Source: Chiloscyllium plagiosum (taxonomy: Eukaryota). From it: a DNA stretch of 21,168 bases. Numbering within the stretch: position 1 is the stretch's first letter; every line of letters begins with the position of its first letter. A model generated the notes under the pieces. The model worked only from the letters and a program-made list of their open reading frames with translations. It had not been told where the DNA came from and searched no databases. The translations under genes and the position numbers were made by a program. The stretch is from positions 73,903,931 to 73,925,098 of the forward strand of contig NC_057718.1 in NCBI RefSeq assembly GCF_004010195.1, given 5' to 3'. Below, in pieces: positions 19,020 through 21,168 of this stretch.

Positions 19020-19660
19020 TCATAGAATCTTAGGAGTTTAAGATGCACGAGACCATTTGACCTCTTGTGTCTGTGCTGACTAAAATGTTACCCAATTTAA
19101 TCCCACTTTCCAGCTCTTTGTCCATTGCCCTGCAAATTGCAACATTTGTGGTGCATATCCAGGTGCTATGTTGAAATATAATATTGGTTTCTGCCTTGAT
19201 CAGCATTGAGATGGGAAGATGCCACCATACTCTGAATGATAAAAGGTCGCAACTGACAAAGAATGAGACAGGTGTTATTTTAAATCTATGCATTTTTGAT
19301 GATGTCTTCTACAGCAAAAAAAATTGTTTCCAAATAGTTTCTTAATTTTATATCACTTAATTAACACTCGTAAAGTCTTCTATTCCAAAGCGGAGAAAGT
19401 CATGACTGCAGATGCTGGAGATAAGCATTGAAAAGTGTAGCACTGGAAAAGCACAGCAGGTTAGGCAGCTGTGGAGCAGGAGGGTCTACGTTTCAGGCGC
19501 ATAAGCACTTCATGTGTTCCAAAGAGAGACCCCAAACTATCCAGTCTCCTCTTTATAGCTAAAACCTTTTAGTGCTGACTCTATCATTGTATCTCTAGTT
19601 TAATCACATCATCCTGCATCATAGTGACCAGAATAAGTGATAGCATGAGCCTTGTTCTAT
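19020..19660 (-). mobile_element. Old CR1 3' portion, interrupted at 19391-19514
   Basis: tcatagaatcttagg...gaccatttgacctcttgtgtctgtgctg is the reverse of a CR1 3' UTR; decayed LDSLG.SLE-like remnant at ~19515-19550. Confidence 0.6.
19391..19514 (-). mobile_element. Solo PLE pseudo-LTR fragment with TSD
   Basis: gactgcagatgctggaga...ctggaaaagcacagcaggttaggcagc is homologous to 1008-1214 and 12980-13680. TSD tattccaaag (19381-19390) / tgttccaaag (19515-19524). Confidence 0.75.
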
Positions 19661-19701
19661 AATGTTATCAACATGACCAAATTTACTAAATATCCCCCAA
19701 G

Positions 19702-19808
19702 TAAGAAACAAAAAGAGAAAATTCTACAGAAATTCAGCAGGTCTTGAAGCATCTCTGGAGCGAGAAATAGAATTAATGTTTTCAGTCCTACAAAATTCCT
19801 CTTCAGCT
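19702..19808 (-). mobile_element. Old PLE pseudo-LTR fragment
   Basis: gaaattcagcaggtcttgaagcatctctggagcgagaaatagaattaatgttttc...tcttcag resembles 11430-11527 and 9266-9320. Confidence 0.55.
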
Positions 19809-19830
19809 ATGATTCTATATCCCAAATAAG

Positions 19831-20063
19831 ATTTGAACAAGATTTTTCTTTTTGCAATTTGATTCTGATTTTTGCTAAAATTAATGTAAATTTATTGAGA
19901 GTTAATAGGCAAATAATTAAATTTATCCTTTTATTTGAATTATTATTTGCCTATTAACTCTCAATAAATTTACATTAATTTTAGCAAAAATCAGAATCAA
20001 ATTGCAAAAAGAAAAATCTTGTTCAAATACTTAATTAAATTTATCCTTTTATTTGAATTATTA
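19831..20063. repeat. Perfect 87-bp inverted repeat with a 24-bp spacer, plus a 32-bp direct duplication of the spacer region
   Basis: 19831-19917 is the exact reverse complement of 19942-20028; taattaaatttatccttttatttgaattatta occurs at 19914-19945 and 20032-20063. Confidence 0.95.
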
Positions 20064-20797
20064 AGTACATGCAGCAAAAGTACACTTTACATTCCCACAA
20101 ACTTCCCCCATTGCTTCCCATGAACATGTGGCACTGTGTAGCTACATAGTTCAAAAATGTAGTTTTTTAAAATTCATGCAGAACTGGTCAGAAGTCCTGT
20201 ATCTGACAGCAGCTTATATCTTTGAGTTCACAAGTATGATTGTCTGCATTTCTATGAACCTTTCTGCCTCAGGTTATAGTGGTTCTACTTGTATAGCTTT
20301 TCAGAGTTCCTGTTCAATCAACCAAGCAGTAACACCTTGGTTCACTGGTTGGCCATGTCTAGTAAAATACCCAGTCCCAGTGTTGAGCTACTCACACAGG
20401 CTGCCACGTTTTATATCTTTAGAGTCAGCTTAATGTATCACCAAGAAATCTGGTTACCTTTTTCTGCAAATCAGAAAATCTGACTTCCTGAGTGATTTAT
20501 TTTCTTTCCTCAAGAATTTTGTTTCTCTTTCAGTCTCTGCTTCCCTTTGTGTCATTTGCGCGTTGTTACTCCTTCATCCTGTAGTTACATTTCTTGTAAC
20601 TCTCCATTATGTCTGCTGTTCTCCTTTCTGCTTTCTTAATTTCCTTCCATGTCAAGGGTTGCCAGGTCACATGGACCAATATTTCTTATTATTCAAGAAA
20701 AATACAATTAATCCCTTCTTTTGCTGAGGTCTCTGAGTTAAGTCTGTGGATGACAGTGCCCTTTGTCATGGAGCTCTTCAGGGCAAACCTCTGTGAA

Positions 20798-21168
20798 AGA
20801 GCTGAAAATGTGTTGCTGGAAAACCACAGCAGGTCAGGCAGCATCCAAGGAGCAGGAGAATCGACGTTTCGGGCATGAGCTCTTCAGGAATGAGGAAAGT
20901 GTGCCCAGCAGGCTAAGATAAAAGGTAGGGAGGAGGGACTTGAGGTACGGGCATTGGAAATGCGATTGGTGGAAGGAGGTCAAGGTGAGGGTGATAAGCC
21001 GGAGTGGGGGTAGGGGCGGAGAGGTCAGGAAGAAGATTGCAGGTTAGGAAGGCGGTGCTGAGTTCGAGGGATTTGACTGAGACAAGGTGGGGGGAGGGGA
21101 AATGAGGAAACTGGAGAAATCTGAGTTCATCCCTTGTGGTTGGAGGGTCCCTAGGCGGAAGATGAGGC
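20798..21168 (-). mobile_element. PLE 3' end (GIY-YIG C-terminus, 3' UTR, pseudo-LTR), running off the window
   Basis: Minus strand gives LIFRLGTLQPQGMNSDFSSFLIS (~21100-21166). 20798-20880 is nearly identical to 1007-1089. Hammerhead boxes CUGAAGA..GAAACGUC at 20863-20887 have a 3-nt stem II deletion. Confidence 0.88.

Noticed and set aside
19686..19830. TSD around the 19702-19808 PLE fragment (tatcccccaagtaa / tatcccaaataa)
   Set aside because: Requires a gap and a mismatch in a short AT-rich match; too weak to claim.
18169..21168. The next SNX14 exon (..LLLENYQPWLDL..-like) and ORFs 20128..20433 and 20609..20878
   Set aside because: No matching peptide found; these ORFs show no similarity I recognise, and the latter runs into a PLE terminus.

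Overview
Eukaryotic intronic DNA, very probably from a shark or other elasmobranch (inferred from HE1/V-SINE-like and Deu-SINE-like repeats plus abundant CR1 and Penelope-like elements). The only host coding sequence I can support is two + strand exons of sorting nexin 14 (SNX14), at 6283-6403 and 18092-18168; the ORF track misses both. Most of the rest is decayed, often nested retroelements: Penelope-like elements (PLEs), CR1 LINEs, one Tx1/L1-clade 3' fragment and tRNA-derived SINEs. There are also a probable Tc1/pogo-type MITE, G-rich low-complexity DNA and a 174-N gap. The most notable structure is a set of short non-autonomous PLE-terminus inserts that carry minimal hammerhead ribozyme motifs. 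Three share one design: an inverted repeat, a one-sided ~34-37-nt tail and an 11-15-bp target-site duplication (TSD). One of these is built from a terminally redundant 334-nt retrozyme-like unit. Other highlights are a four-level nest (old CR1 > PLE palindrome > young CR1 > Tx1) and a perfect 87-bp inverted duplication. PLE hammerheads and retrozymes are known classes, so any novelty is at family or locus level and needs database checks. Repeat boundaries not marked by TSDs are approximate, and family names come from recalled motifs, not searches.
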